Source of the DNA: Ptychomitrium polyphyllum
Taxonomy: Eukaryota
Length of the DNA: 64,000 nucleotides
Assembly (NCBI GenBank): GCA_973851085.1
Contig: OZ316775.1
Location: 17,608,001 to 17,672,000 of the forward strand
Reading direction: 5' to 3'
Shown: one piece after another, positions 37,883 through 50,000 of the stretch
Numbering within the stretch: the stretch's first letter is position 1
Layout: each line of letters starts with the position of its first letter
Notes under the pieces: generated by a model
Told to the model about the DNA's origin: nothing
The model's input: only the letters and a program-made list of their open reading frames with translations
Database searches by the model: none
Position numbers and translations under genes: made by a program

Positions 37883-38837
37883 GGTTTCGTTCTTCTTTGG
37901 GAGGCCACTAAATTGGACTAAATTACCGTGGACTAGGTTTTCTCTTTCATGTTATAGTCTGTCCGTGAGTTGGGATTCGAGACACTCGGAATCCATGGTT
38001 AGTGAAATCTATATTCGACGATTGGGTTTTCTTTGTTAGGGTTTTCGTTGGGGCATGCATTGATTCCTCACATTTTCATAAAGAATGTTCCTGATTGTCG
38101 GGTTCGGAATCCTGCGCTTAAGGTGCGATTACGACCAGTATATATGGGGCATTACATTTGAATGTGGCATTTGTCACAACTGGCTTATGGCTTATATGAA
38201 TTTCCGTTTGGGGTGACCTTGAATTTGGTTGGACTAAAACTTGGAAGAGGGTGATGATGCAATTAGAACAGCAGAATGTTGCTTCTGCTGTTTTTTTCTG
38301 GGTCGCACCTGAATTGGAAGTATCTGTGTTACGGTATACTTAGTGGCATTTACTCATGAAGAAGTGTTTGGGAGCTGTTAATGAGATTTGGGCACATGGG
38401 GGAGAGCTGGAGAGAAATCTTGAACTTGCTCCTGAGAGTGTATTTATGTCTGAGAGTTCAGGACATGATCCTACGTTTTAGAGATGGTTGTTACACACAT
38501 ATCTCGACGAGTGCATTCAAGTAGTGGAGTTGTGATATCGATTGACACATACATATACACTTCACTTGAACTATCTGTCTTTCAAGCATACGCTCTTGAG
38601 ACTACCACGCCTGCGAGCCTGTTGTACGAGTGATAGTGTGAGAATAAAGGTATGCTGTGAGCAAATCCATTGAAGCCATGAAAACCGTCCACTGATGCTG
38701 TCCTATGCCTTTCCTTTATCCAGCCTCCCCCATTATATATCCGTATTTCCCTGCAAATTCTTAAGAATGTGGTGTGTCATCAGATTTCAGACAAAGGAGA
38801 AATTTCGAAGATTGATTTGATATTCAGAGGAAAGATC

Positions 38838-38909
38838 AGGTCCCGGCGAGATTTGAACTTGCATTACTGGATTCAGAGTCCAATGTCCTGACCACTAGAG
38901 TACGGGACC
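38838..38909 (-). tRNA. trnQ-CUG: tRNA-Gln(CUG), possibly degenerate
   Basis: 72-nt cloverleaf with GGTCCCG/CGGGACC acceptor stem, anticodon loop CT-CTG-AA and GTTCAAATC T-loop. Two stem mismatches. Confidence 0.85.
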
Positions 38910-41592
38910 CGGAACAAAAGATTATGTCTCAATTTTAGGATGTTTTGTGAGATTTTAATATATGAACTAATCAATTATGCAGTCAACTACGTCATTGTGG
39001 CACACGATACCGAGTGCCTTGATTTAAGGTACAAAGTGATTGAGTTGAGTCTAGAAAATATTATCATGTCAAGATGCAAGATCCATCCACAAATAAACAT
39101 GTGTATGCAAGTTGTCAATACAAGTTGCCCAGCTTAAGAAATGACTGTCTAGGCTTGATTCAAAACAACATATTGATTTATATGATTTGTTTTGTGTTGC
39201 TAGATTTGTTTGACATTAATGAATGGACTCCAATTCCAAAGCTAAAGATTTGAAGGTAAATTGTCAAATATCATCATGTCAAGTATATGAATTACAAAAC
39301 AAGCGTATTAATACATTAAAATATATTGTACTCTAAATTCATGCCCTTGGTAGAATCAATAAGGATGACTAAGTAATGATTTAATAGACAAGGCAATAGA
39401 ATTATGGAAAGGCTTTGATGGTTTTTGGAAAAAGAATTAGTAGATTTGTAAATGATTGCTTTACAAAGCTAGAATATACATGAGAGAGAAATAGGGTTTG
39501 TAATACCAAGTTTCCATCACCTTTTAAGTCTTTTAAAATAGATCTTAAGTTTCTATCTTTGCAAGGAATGTTAGTTGGTACATGGGAGGTAGGTTATGGC
39601 CCATTAAGCTTAGAGATAAGGAACTTTGGAACTCATTCTAAAGGAATATCAAAATTCTCACATACGACAAATGTTTCATCTATTAAAGCACTATCACACC
39701 TTCAATTATTATGTGTTAAATGTTATTTAGTACAAATGAGTAATCAAGCTATATTAAATCATTCTGTTTATATGTAAAAAAGAATTGGTGTAATGGTTAT
39801 TCATACATTTGGAAATAAAATAAATAATCTTGCTCTTTAGACATTTGACAATTTTGTTTTACTTTAATGTGATTTGAATTAACAAAATTCCTTGTGCTAG
39901 TATTTTTGACTAAATAAATAATAAGATTGCATTGTTATGTGTGGAATTTATGTTTTGAATCACTCCAAAAACTTTGTAGGCATTCTAGAATTGTTGTTCA
40001 TTTTTTTACTAGTTTGAAGCTTAAATGAATTTTATTTTAGAAATATGTTCTATAATAGGAAATTAAGTTCATTAATTCACCTTGTTTGAATTGTGTGAAT
40101 TTGAAATAAATTTAAAATGCTTAAGGAGCACAAATCAGAATGATTTGTTATATGTGACTTCCTCACCTTTGATGAAGTTTGAAACAAAAGAAAAAAATTG
40201 AAGGAATTATGTGAAGTAACTACATATATGATTAAATTTTTTTAAATGGCTTTGATCTTTGTATGATGAATTTAAAAGCATTTAACTAGAAAACGGTCAT
40301 TAAAATTCAAGTTTCAAGTATATTACTTTAAATACTTTTGGTATTGTTGGCTTAAAATACATTTAAGCCATACAAGTACAAAAGAAAATTTATAAATGAC
40401 AAAAATATGATATTTTTCTATAATATCTTAACTTTGATCTATAAAGGTTTTTATTTTGAACAACATCGACTTGTCCATTTTGGTTTGGTCATGTGACAGT
40501 TTGCTCACCACAGGGTTAACATTGAGATAATTTGGGTGCTTGAATAAGTATAACCTGCAAGACTGTGATCCTATTGTGTCTATTTCTTGGATCACCAGTA
40601 CGCTAGGGGAATTGATCCAGTCTTAGGGGTGATGTTGCTTTACTTCTAAGCTAGGATTATCATGACTGCATTGTGGATTTCCTTGAGAGGGGACGCATGT
40701 GCTGGCAATATCTATTTGCAGAGTCACAACTCAACCCCATGAACTGAAAGTCCTCCCATACCCATATCCACGTGACATGACCACCATCGACTGCTTATCA
40801 TAGTCCAGAGCACTCACTTAGCAAGTACAAAGCGGCTACATGTTGGAATTCACACGAATTCAGTTTGGATCGTATTCAGATATCAGTTACCTTCAACGGT
40901 TTGTTTGCCATTATTTACCTCACAAAGTAAAAAATTGTCGACTTCATCGTCACGCTCTGTTCTTGAGAAAATCGGGCCAAGTAAGACGAATTTACACACC
41001 ACAGCGTTGACTCTGAGAGGGTGCATTCCATGGTGCATTGCATTTTTTCAGGTGCTGTGAGCACGGTGATGCAACCATGGTCGCACAATGATGCAATCAT
41101 GGTCCACCATTGAGAATAGTGCTTGTGCCTAGTGACAGCTTGATCACACGATCGCACGATCAGCTTTCTGAGCGTGGTCGATAACTTAAGCAAACGGGAG
41201 GAACCGTGCCCAACAACACAAGTCGATACAGCAACTCAAAATGCACAGTAGGACGATACACACCATGTTGCAAAATCGTTTTAAAAACGAAGCATGCTTT
41301 CACGATGGTAAACACTAATATCCAAGTATAAGGTGTAAGGTGTAACCAGGAAACTGGACTTACAGGAAATATCACATCCCACGATCAACTTGAGGAATTT
41401 CCAGTGACATTTAAGGAATCAAAGTTCATTGTCACCTCTTTCCCCGTCGTCAGCTTCGCGACCTGTGCCGCTATATAGATCCTAACTACAAAAGAACCCG
41501 GCAGTACAAAGGTGACGAACCCCACTATGAACATAGTACATACACATGTCTTCAATTGAGAAGTCAATCTCACCTTCCCTTTGAAAAGAGCC

Positions 41593-42444
41593 CTAGATAC
41601 AGAAAGCACAAGAGAAGTACTGGTTCAGAGACTCCACAATGTAAACGTTCGCGGCAATCGGTGAAGTTCCGGGAGGCGAGATATGAAGTTGCTGACGAAC
41701 AAACGGTGCTAATCCAGCATTGATGTCTCTGAAGGTGTCCACATGCCAGTCTGGCTCCAGCTGCCGCACGAACGACGTCCTTCCCGTCTCTGTGCTACAG
41801 AACAAAACCTTCTCTCGGCTCAATTTCGCATCTGTGAACAATCCTATGGCATCCAAAGCCCCCATTACGACCCCCTCACTCGCATCGTCCACAACTCTAG
41901 CGACCAAGTAAAGGTCACAGGTACGAGCAATCTCCAACAAAACATCCACTACAGCGGGGCGCACCACCGCATGCTTCTGAAGCTCCTCAGGAGTGCTTTC
42001 CTCCAGAATCACCCCAAGCAGCTGGCATGTCATCTTCCTGCCCCCGTTCAGCTGGCGACGCACTACCTGATGCACAGTCAGCTCCCCCGACTCAGAACCC
42101 TTGCTTTCCGCCCCGCTCCCCCGTTGCGTGGCATGCGTTATGGATGTGGCCACTGCGGTCGATGAAGCCCCCGGCACAGAGTCCATGGATCCTGCCGAGA
42201 CCTGCGATGTCGACCCCGCAGCAGCCCCGTCCCTCTTGTCCAACCGCCGGTCCCACCGTGTCCCCGGAACCCGCCAGCACTTCCAAGTCCACCACAGCGC
42301 AATGGCTAACCCCGCTGTGGCCACTATCGAACTCGCATTCTTATTCCGAAAGATGAACCCCAGCAAGTCCGACAGCTTCACTGTCAACGTCGCATTTATC
42401 CCCCGCAACAGCTGAACTAGCTCCTCTGCTATGGAGTCGCCCAT
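41593..42444 (-). CDS. PEX22: Peroxin 22 (PEX4 membrane anchor), intronless, 283 aa
   Basis: N-terminal TM (AGLAIALWWTW), RKMTCQLLGVILEE, CDLYL..RV.DD.SE, KVLFCSTETGRTSFVRQLEPDWH.D; these are plant PEX22 motifs. Confidence 0.9.
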   Translation of the reverse strand: MGDSIAEELVQLLRGINATLTVKLSDLLGFIFRNKNASSIVATAGLAIALWWTWKCWRVPGTRWDRRLDKRDGAAAGSTSQVSAGSMDSVPGASSTAVATSITHATQRGSGAESKGSESGELTVHQVVRRQLNGGRKMTCQLLGVILEESTPEELQKHAVVRPAVVDVLLEIARTCDLYLVARVVDDASEGVVMGALDAIGLFTDAKLSREKVLFCSTETGRTSFVRQLEPDWHVDTFRDINAGLAPFVRQQLHISPPGTSPIAANVYIVESLNQYFSCAFCI

Positions 42445-45400
42445 CCCCTCGACACCTGTGTTCTTCCTCCTCCCCAACTTTCTTGGCAAGCAACCCCTCC
42501 CCTTACCCTAACGTGCAAGTGCCTCAAACCCTCCCCAGGACCATCACGTTCCCGAAAACACGCACACGGAACTCCACCAAGACCTCAAAAAACCTCCCTC
42601 TACAACCTAACGTCCAAATCCTCCATTCCTCCAGAATCCTCTCTCGAATTACATGCCAACCAAACCCTCACCACCCCAAGGGAACTTTACTGCTCACCCA
42701 GCACAGAGCGCCCGAGATCTCTCCCCCATCGTGTATTGGACTTCCAGCTGCAAAAGAGCTATCGGATATGCGAGTCGCGTGCGAGCTGGTGAGCCAGAAC
42801 AGCCACGAAGATGTTTTCCTGGGGTTGAGTTGAGTATTTCTCCTACCGGACTCGACTCCCAGCACTAGTACATGAGGTTTGTATGTGGCAAGTGTGCGCA
42901 ATCAGAGATTCGGTCGTGGTCGGTGAGGAGAACGCAAATGGTGGCGACGGTGTAAGTTGATTGACCAACGAGGGTGCGCTATGGAAGTGGATTGCCGGTC
43001 GTCGTGGTCACACTTCCACAAGTGTCGATGCGTCTGGAGTCCTAGACACACCATTAGGGTTTCGGGAAGACCAGAACCCATCGGACACTGACTTGACTTC
43101 ACTATTAATTTAAGTTTGGCACTCACTGGGGCAGCCCTGTCCTTCACTTCGCCAACACTTTGCTCCTTGCGCTTGTGTGTGATTGGATTCAAGCCAATTC
43201 TATATATAAATATATAAACAAAAATACTAAACAAAGTATATCTTTATTTATTACTAAGTTTTTTTCATTGACAAATTTCATTAAAGAGAATGAAGTCCAC
43301 AAGAATCACACAAACTGAAGCTATGGTAAACATTATCAAAATAAAAATATATACTTATCCTTTTTATGGATTTTAAAATGATCCATCTCCATGAATTACC
43401 TACTTCAACATTATTTCTAATTTTGGTTAATTCCAATAAGAATGTCACTATGATAAGATGACATTTTAATGCATAATATAGTTCTAAATGTAGAAATGAG
43501 TTTATATATAATTAAAATTGGATTGGATTAAAGCTCATAGATTGGTTTTTTTTATTTGATTAAACAAGACTAAAAATATAGATGATTGCCATGAAACTCA
43601 AATGAGTATGGCTATTGCATTTTTATTATAACATTCTATAATGATCCTTTTGAAATTCTTTTTCCAAAAAAACTATTTCATCTTATAAGATAAACTTTCA
43701 ATTTGGAAAAACAAGTATTATTGAACATTGAGACCATTCATAAGCCAATTTATAAATTTGGACTTCTACATTGATTAGATTATTATTACAAGCATCCACT
43801 ATCACTTTTAATACATATTATTTTGCACTCCAATGCAAAAGTGATTGGTGCTAATTACTAAAAAATGTTATGATGGTGTCACATGTCCATGTCAACTTCA
43901 AAGAGAATTTCTTTTGTTTCAAGAAGTCAGCATGTAGTTTTATAATAGTTTTATCTATATGTAAACTAGACCTTAAAAGCTTCTTTTTTGAAGTCAAATT
44001 GTAAGTGTAATTGGTACATTTTCAATGCTAATACATACTTCATGCACATCCTCAAAAAGAAATCATATAGAATTGCAATCTAAAAGTTAGAAATTCTTAA
44101 TACTTTATATATTATTGAAATTTTATTCCCTTAGTTTTACATTTCTATGCTTCATTTGTATATTTTGAGCCACGAAATGGTTTTTATTTATTGATATACT
44201 ATCTTCATATATTATATAAACACTTTATTTAACAACTCAATATAAGCTTTATCATATAATCTTCTTTTTTTAACATTTTTTTTTGGAATTTAGAGAAATT
44301 TTAACAATTTACTTCTAAATGAATTTCCAACAATTTGATGAGGATGTAAGATACTATAGTAATGTGAAAAAAAAATGCCCATATTCTACTAATATGAAAA
44401 TAGAATTATCTATTTAATAAAACTCCTTCACCTTGAGTTTTTAGAGTATCTTTTTTCTTGTAAATAATAATCTTTAATAATCCATGACTTAAGTACTAAA
44501 GTATTTCCAATTTGAAAGAGTGATTTAGGGAGCTATAGGCACCTTGGTCAAAATAAGAATTGGCTTGAAAAACTTGACTAGCTTCAAAATTTAAAACTCC
44601 TTAATCATGTCCTCATATTGGAGAGGCTCCTCATTGATTCATCATAAGACACAATGAAACATGTTTCTATTCCTTTTTGTGACAAAAATTAATTTTAGAG
44701 TGTATCTTATAAAACTTTTCTCTTTGAAAAAGACTTAATGAATAGTTCTAATGTTTGAACATCTTTTACCACGTTTGCCCTTGAGTTTTGTGTTTCTAAC
44801 CTATCTTTTTGCAGTGCTTTGCGACGTTTGCATAAGTCCATCTGATCCGATTTTAAGATTTACGAAGGTGGTGTCTTTTGGAACCAGGGAGACCCTTTTA
44901 AATTGTGACCACAGTGGCACGGAAGTTTTGTGTTAATATTAAATCTATGCGCCAGTTTGCTTTGCAAAAGCCGGGCTTGCTTCAAAGCCCATGTTTTTGT
45001 AGTTCTGGAGTTCTGGAGTTGTATCTGGACCCGCTCCGTTTGCATATTAAAATCAGTACAGTACTTTCTATGATAATATAGATTCTCGGTTGTATAGTTG
45101 ACTCTTGAGTGTGTGTCTGAGATGACAGTCGATACGATCCTAGGAAAGGGTTGCTGTAAGCCGGCTACAATTACATGCAGAGTCAATCATCTTAACAACC
45201 TCCTGCCAGAGGTGTGCCAATGGTTGACAAATGAGGCACTGCCATCGGAGACTCAAGATCAGGCTGCCCTTGATTCATCGCAACCGTTAATGTTGGCTCA
45301 CTTTGTAATGAGCAGCTGAGCTGCTGCAGCTACCTGTCAGCGTGACTTCATTGCTGATTGAGTATGAGCCTCGGACATCTTTGAATGCCAATAGTATATA

Positions 45401-45528
45401 TACAACACCGCAGCGATGTTCGTTCACATCATTCTCAGCCGAGCTCTGGACTTTGCCTTGTTCAGGTTTCTCATCTAGCTACCAGTGCTCAGGCGGCGGT
45501 CGTGAACACGAGGAGCATTTTCGAAGCC

Positions 45529-46072
45529 ATGGAAGGGTCAAAGCGTGTTGCATCTGCAGCTTTGAGCATGATCGGTGTGCTGGTGGTGATGGCCATGGTG
45601 GCGGAGTCGAGCGCTGCGGGAGTGTGCAACCCCAACGCACTGTATCCGTGCTTGAGCGCCATTCAGGGATCTCGCCCTCCTGTGCCCAGCCGCCAGTGCT
45701 GCAACGTGGTGAAGAGCGTGGACAAGAATTGCATGTGCACCCAGCTCAAGGAGGCCTCTTTCCCTGCCCAGATGGTAAATAATGGGCTGCAGCTGCCCAA
45801 GAAGTGCGGTCGCACCGATCTTCGCGGCTTCCGATGCGGACGTGAGTGTTTCCCTGACCTCTGCTCGTAGTCGACTTTTTGTTACAGATGGACTTTACAT
45901 AGCTATATTCCTTGTCGTTAAACTTGCTGATACAAGCTTTTGCACTGGCTTCCTCTTTGACCTGATTGATCCCACATGAGTCAAGTTTTTACAGGCTTGA
46001 ATTTTGTAACTTCGTGGCATTGAACATTTTTGCTTTTGTTTGTTTCTTCCAGGTTACACGTTTCCTTACTGA
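45529..46072 (+). CDS. Non-specific lipid transfer protein, type D-like (exons 45529-45841, 46053-46072; 110 aa)
   Basis: Signal peptide and eight-Cys motif (C..C..CC..CMC..C..C). GT-AG intron 4 nt after the last Cys codon. No GPI tail. TATA at ~45394. Confidence 0.9.
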
Positions 46073-47008
46073 GAGATAAAACGCAGAAGTCCCGAGAAGA
46101 TTAGCGCCGCCAGACGTGCTGATATACTGCTAGCCTCTGGTGTCCCAAAACCGAGCTTTAGCTAGAGCATATTGTATCATAGGCGCTCTTTTGTTTCAGT
46201 AGTTGTGGGCTTAGTATTGGGGTGAAGAACAATCCCGCTGCTTTGAATTGGAAAACTGATTCAAATAGCCAATTGGTTTTCCTAGGCTTTGTCAAATCAA
46301 TGCAGTTTCATATCTGTTCTTCGTATCAATTTTTCATGGTAAACCTTGTGAAGATGCTATAACCTCTTTTTATTCGGTACCTTCCCTTATGTGGTCGCGT
46401 CCTCCCAATGCTCTGTGGGTTGTAAAGTCGTTGATAACGTGTAAATTGTACTCACAGAAAGCACGGGATGATAAGCTCTGACATTCGAGGCAGTGTGAAA
46501 GAGGCTCAACATTCTCCAGTTACAATTTTCTTGCCATTGCAGAGGAAAGCCTTAATTGTTCTTGCAGCCACTTGTTACACTCAGCGACAGCCGTGATAAA
46601 GCCCACCGCTGGCCTTTCTAAATCCTTCATATGAAACACTCATTCAGCATTCCACCATTCACCTATTCCTGCATTTTGTGTTTCCAAAAGTCATCTCTTC
46701 GTTGTAGCGACTCATCTTCTACTCTGAGTTGTTGCGTTAATAATATTTACAGCTTGCATCTGTTAAATTGGAAATAGTACTTTATATCATGATTGAGAAG
46801 ATGAGTCATCAGATGAGATGACGAACATGAAGGGGGATTTAAACCTTTGGCGTTATTGGTAGTTTTGTTCGGAGATGGGCTGTGAGTGGAAGTACATCGG
46901 CGAGGGGAGATCCAGAATCACTTGAGATCACGGAGTGAAAAGGAAAGAACGGGAGGAAGTTATGCACATGGGTCCGTGATTGTGTTGGGCACCTCTAATT
47001 GTTGGAAA

Positions 47009-50000
47009 ATGAGCAACCACTCGGAGTTTGAGCAGGTGGTGGAGCTTGTGTTCCAAAATGTGCAGTACTTGCTAACGGTGTCTTTGGCCCCTGGCGATAC
47101 TCTGTGTGTGGAGGCGGAGCATAAAACGGATGGATCTCGGTGGCGTGGAGACTTCACTGCAAGATGTCAGTTCTCAAACCAAACTCTTTCAAGAGTTTCT
47201 TGTTATTTGATCGATAGTGAAGATTTCCGCGTTGTTCTTTCGAAAGGACCGAGCATTACCTTCGAGCGAGGGATCTATTCCTGTGCAATGTCTAGTTTCA
47301 TGTGAAATTAGTCCGAATTGGGATCTGTGGTTTTTGATAGCAATGGGTTCAATCTTGCTGAAATTTTATAAGAGTGAGGTTTTTTTGGTGCGCACAACTT
47401 TTATGCGAAAGAACTTGCCTCATCTTATCTTGAATCCTGAAAGATATTTCTGGCATTTAGCAATGATGACAGATTTTGGTTCTTAGCTGGTCTATGCTCG
47501 AAGAATATCCTTGTGAACCGATTGATCATTCACATATTGTGTGTTGTGTACAGATATCGAAGAGATCACTCAGAAGACAGGGAATTTTAAGAAGTTTTCT
47601 GTGTTCGTGAAGATGCTGCGGTCTGCCATACTACAAGAATCAGACTCTGTGTTTGTGGACCTGCTAACTTTCCAGGACTTTGAAATGTTAAAGAACAGGT
47701 GAGACGTTTAACCTAAAGCCGAAAATTCACTCAAAGCTGGTTCTGGAGACGAGGTAACCCTGTATCTCAATGTTTCACAGTGATCATATTGTTCTGAAGA
47801 TACCAAAAGGACAAAGTACATTCATATGTTAATCAGGATGGTTGGTCCAATTTTGTTGTCTACTCCTTTTCAGTGCATCCTCGATGCTACTATTACGTCA
47901 AAACACATCGAAGCAGACATCTTCTTTCAATTATCCTCCCACTTCTGTTTCTTCATATTCAGCTCAGGGTAGATGAACTAACACTCTAGTTCGTGGCTTC
48001 ATGAAGCAGGAAGATGCGAGATATGGGATCGCAGGCGCTTCGGAACGCAACAAACAATAAGCGATATCTCATCCTCACCTACACTGGAGAGTTTGATCGG
48101 TATGCTTCATCATTGACGCCTTAATCTTTTCGTTTATGACTTTGACTGCAATTAAAGGATTTGGCTAAAAACAACACAGTCAATTTCTATGTGCAGGGTC
48201 CATTACCCCCTACCTCTGTTGCATGAAGATAACCCTGAGCCAGAAGCATTGAAACGAACGATTCGTCGTCTGCGGGACGAACTGGAAGATGTCAAGGCCC
48301 AGCTACAAAAGAGGATAGACCGAAATCGTCATGGAGTGCTTGATGACGATGAGTCTATTCGCACGGATCCTGATCATGCGGAGATTCATAAGCTGAGAGA
48401 AGAAAATTCTCTGCTCACAGCCCAGGTGAGGTCATCAACTCTGTTCTATTTGGCTTTTGTATTTTTTAAAAGAGGTAGTAATACTTGAGCCATGTCCACA
48501 TCTGAAAATAATTCCTGTATAAAATTTATGAAATATCCTCTCTGAGGCTGTTCCTGGGAAACAGCTTACCTGCATGGAGGACTCGTATAGGATGTTCGGA
48601 TTTGGCACTCAAATTGACCGAAGGTACAATAATAAAACATTAACCTCTTCGATAGGATGATGTCTGCTTTCGCCACAAGTATTCGGAGACTAGGATTGCT
48701 GCTTTTGCAAAATAGAGCAACGGATGAAGCTATCATAATGCTATAGGTCGTGTGCATTACATATTGAAGGGTTGAGTAAATTCACAGCGTGCTCATAAGT
48801 ATCATACCCATTGCGATGGTCTTGGTTCTTTACTTATACTTAGTTTGGATTGAAAGGCTATTTCGGTGTCCTTGCGTTTACCTCAACTAGGGATTGTTAT
48901 TAATGGCATTGTTTTCCTAGCAGAGAGAATGATGGTGAGCGGAAGAAGCTTCAGAAAGAGCTTGCCCTTACTCAAAAGAAGTGTGATCTTCTATTCTCCA
49001 AAATCGAGGCCAAGGTTGGTTGGTTTCTCTCAAATTTTATTTTTCATAATCACTGACGTGTATGACTACTTTGAGGAAAACCAGAAATAGAGAGTACTCG
49101 TTTCATTACACTACGCAATAAAGAAGCATGTCAATATTTCATTACAAATAATGAACCGAGTTCAACGTACTCATAGAGGAAGTATTAACTGCAGAAAGAT
49201 GCGAAGAAGGAAACAGAGATGTTGCGTTCAAGATTGGATCAGCTACAGGTTCGCACACAACGCTCTTGCAATCTCTTCCATTTTTGAAAGAAAGCAATAA
49301 GCTTGTAAATTCTCGAGTATTCTGGTCCTCGCAAGAAAGGAGAGATGCCAGCACTTTAATTCACTGCGCAAAATGGTCATTTCGTGTTCCTGCTTTTCAC
49401 AGGTCAGTTGTTTCTCTAAAATACTGGCGTTCGTACCTAAACTACTGGCCGCTCTTTGGGGCTGCCTAGCTCCAAGATAATCCAAGTTTAGGTGCTCTTC
49501 ACAGGCTGTGGAGACTTACAGGTGTTGCGCCATCACTGCTCATGGTGTGTGATTGTCTGCCTTATGTGCAGTGTTCTTATTGTCTTCAGGTTTGGAATTG
49601 TTAGTTGATAAACTCTGAGTATTTTAAGATGCCAGTCTCAATCTTAAAGCGTTTTCCAATGCACTTGTACAGTCAACTTCATTGCCTCACATGGTTGTTT
49701 ATATCAATTTTTAAAGTTATGTTTGGCTTCTAGTGAACCGTGCCGAGTGATTTTATATGATTCAAAATGGATTCTCTATTATGTGACTGTTTTTGGAGGT
49801 ATAGGCGGACTTACGAAGTGAGCGCAGCGTGCATCGGAAAGCTCTAGCTCGGTTAGCAAGGGACAATACCACCCTCACTGAACAGGTAGTGTCCAATTGA
49901 TGCTTTAGATGCCTACTGTTTAAGTCCTCAAAATGAAAACTTGAAATTAGATGTTTTTTCTATTATATTGCTCCTTTGTTGCACCAATAGTTGCACACTG

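Noticed and set aside
39590..39605. 16-nt exact match (taggttatggcccatt) to the Copia LTR end/PBS at 18471-18486
   Set aside because: No flanking LTR or gag similarity is visible. It may be chance or a very old remnant; I cannot support a call.
41720..42415. Long plus-strand ORFs antisense to PEX22, and similar shadow ORFs over pol genes
   Set aside because: These are expected by-products of coding sequence on the opposite strand.
45385..45528. In-frame upstream ATG extending the nsLTP ORF by 48 aa
   Set aside because: It lies upstream of the TATA-like box at ~45394. The ATG at 45529 has a good context and starts a signal peptide.
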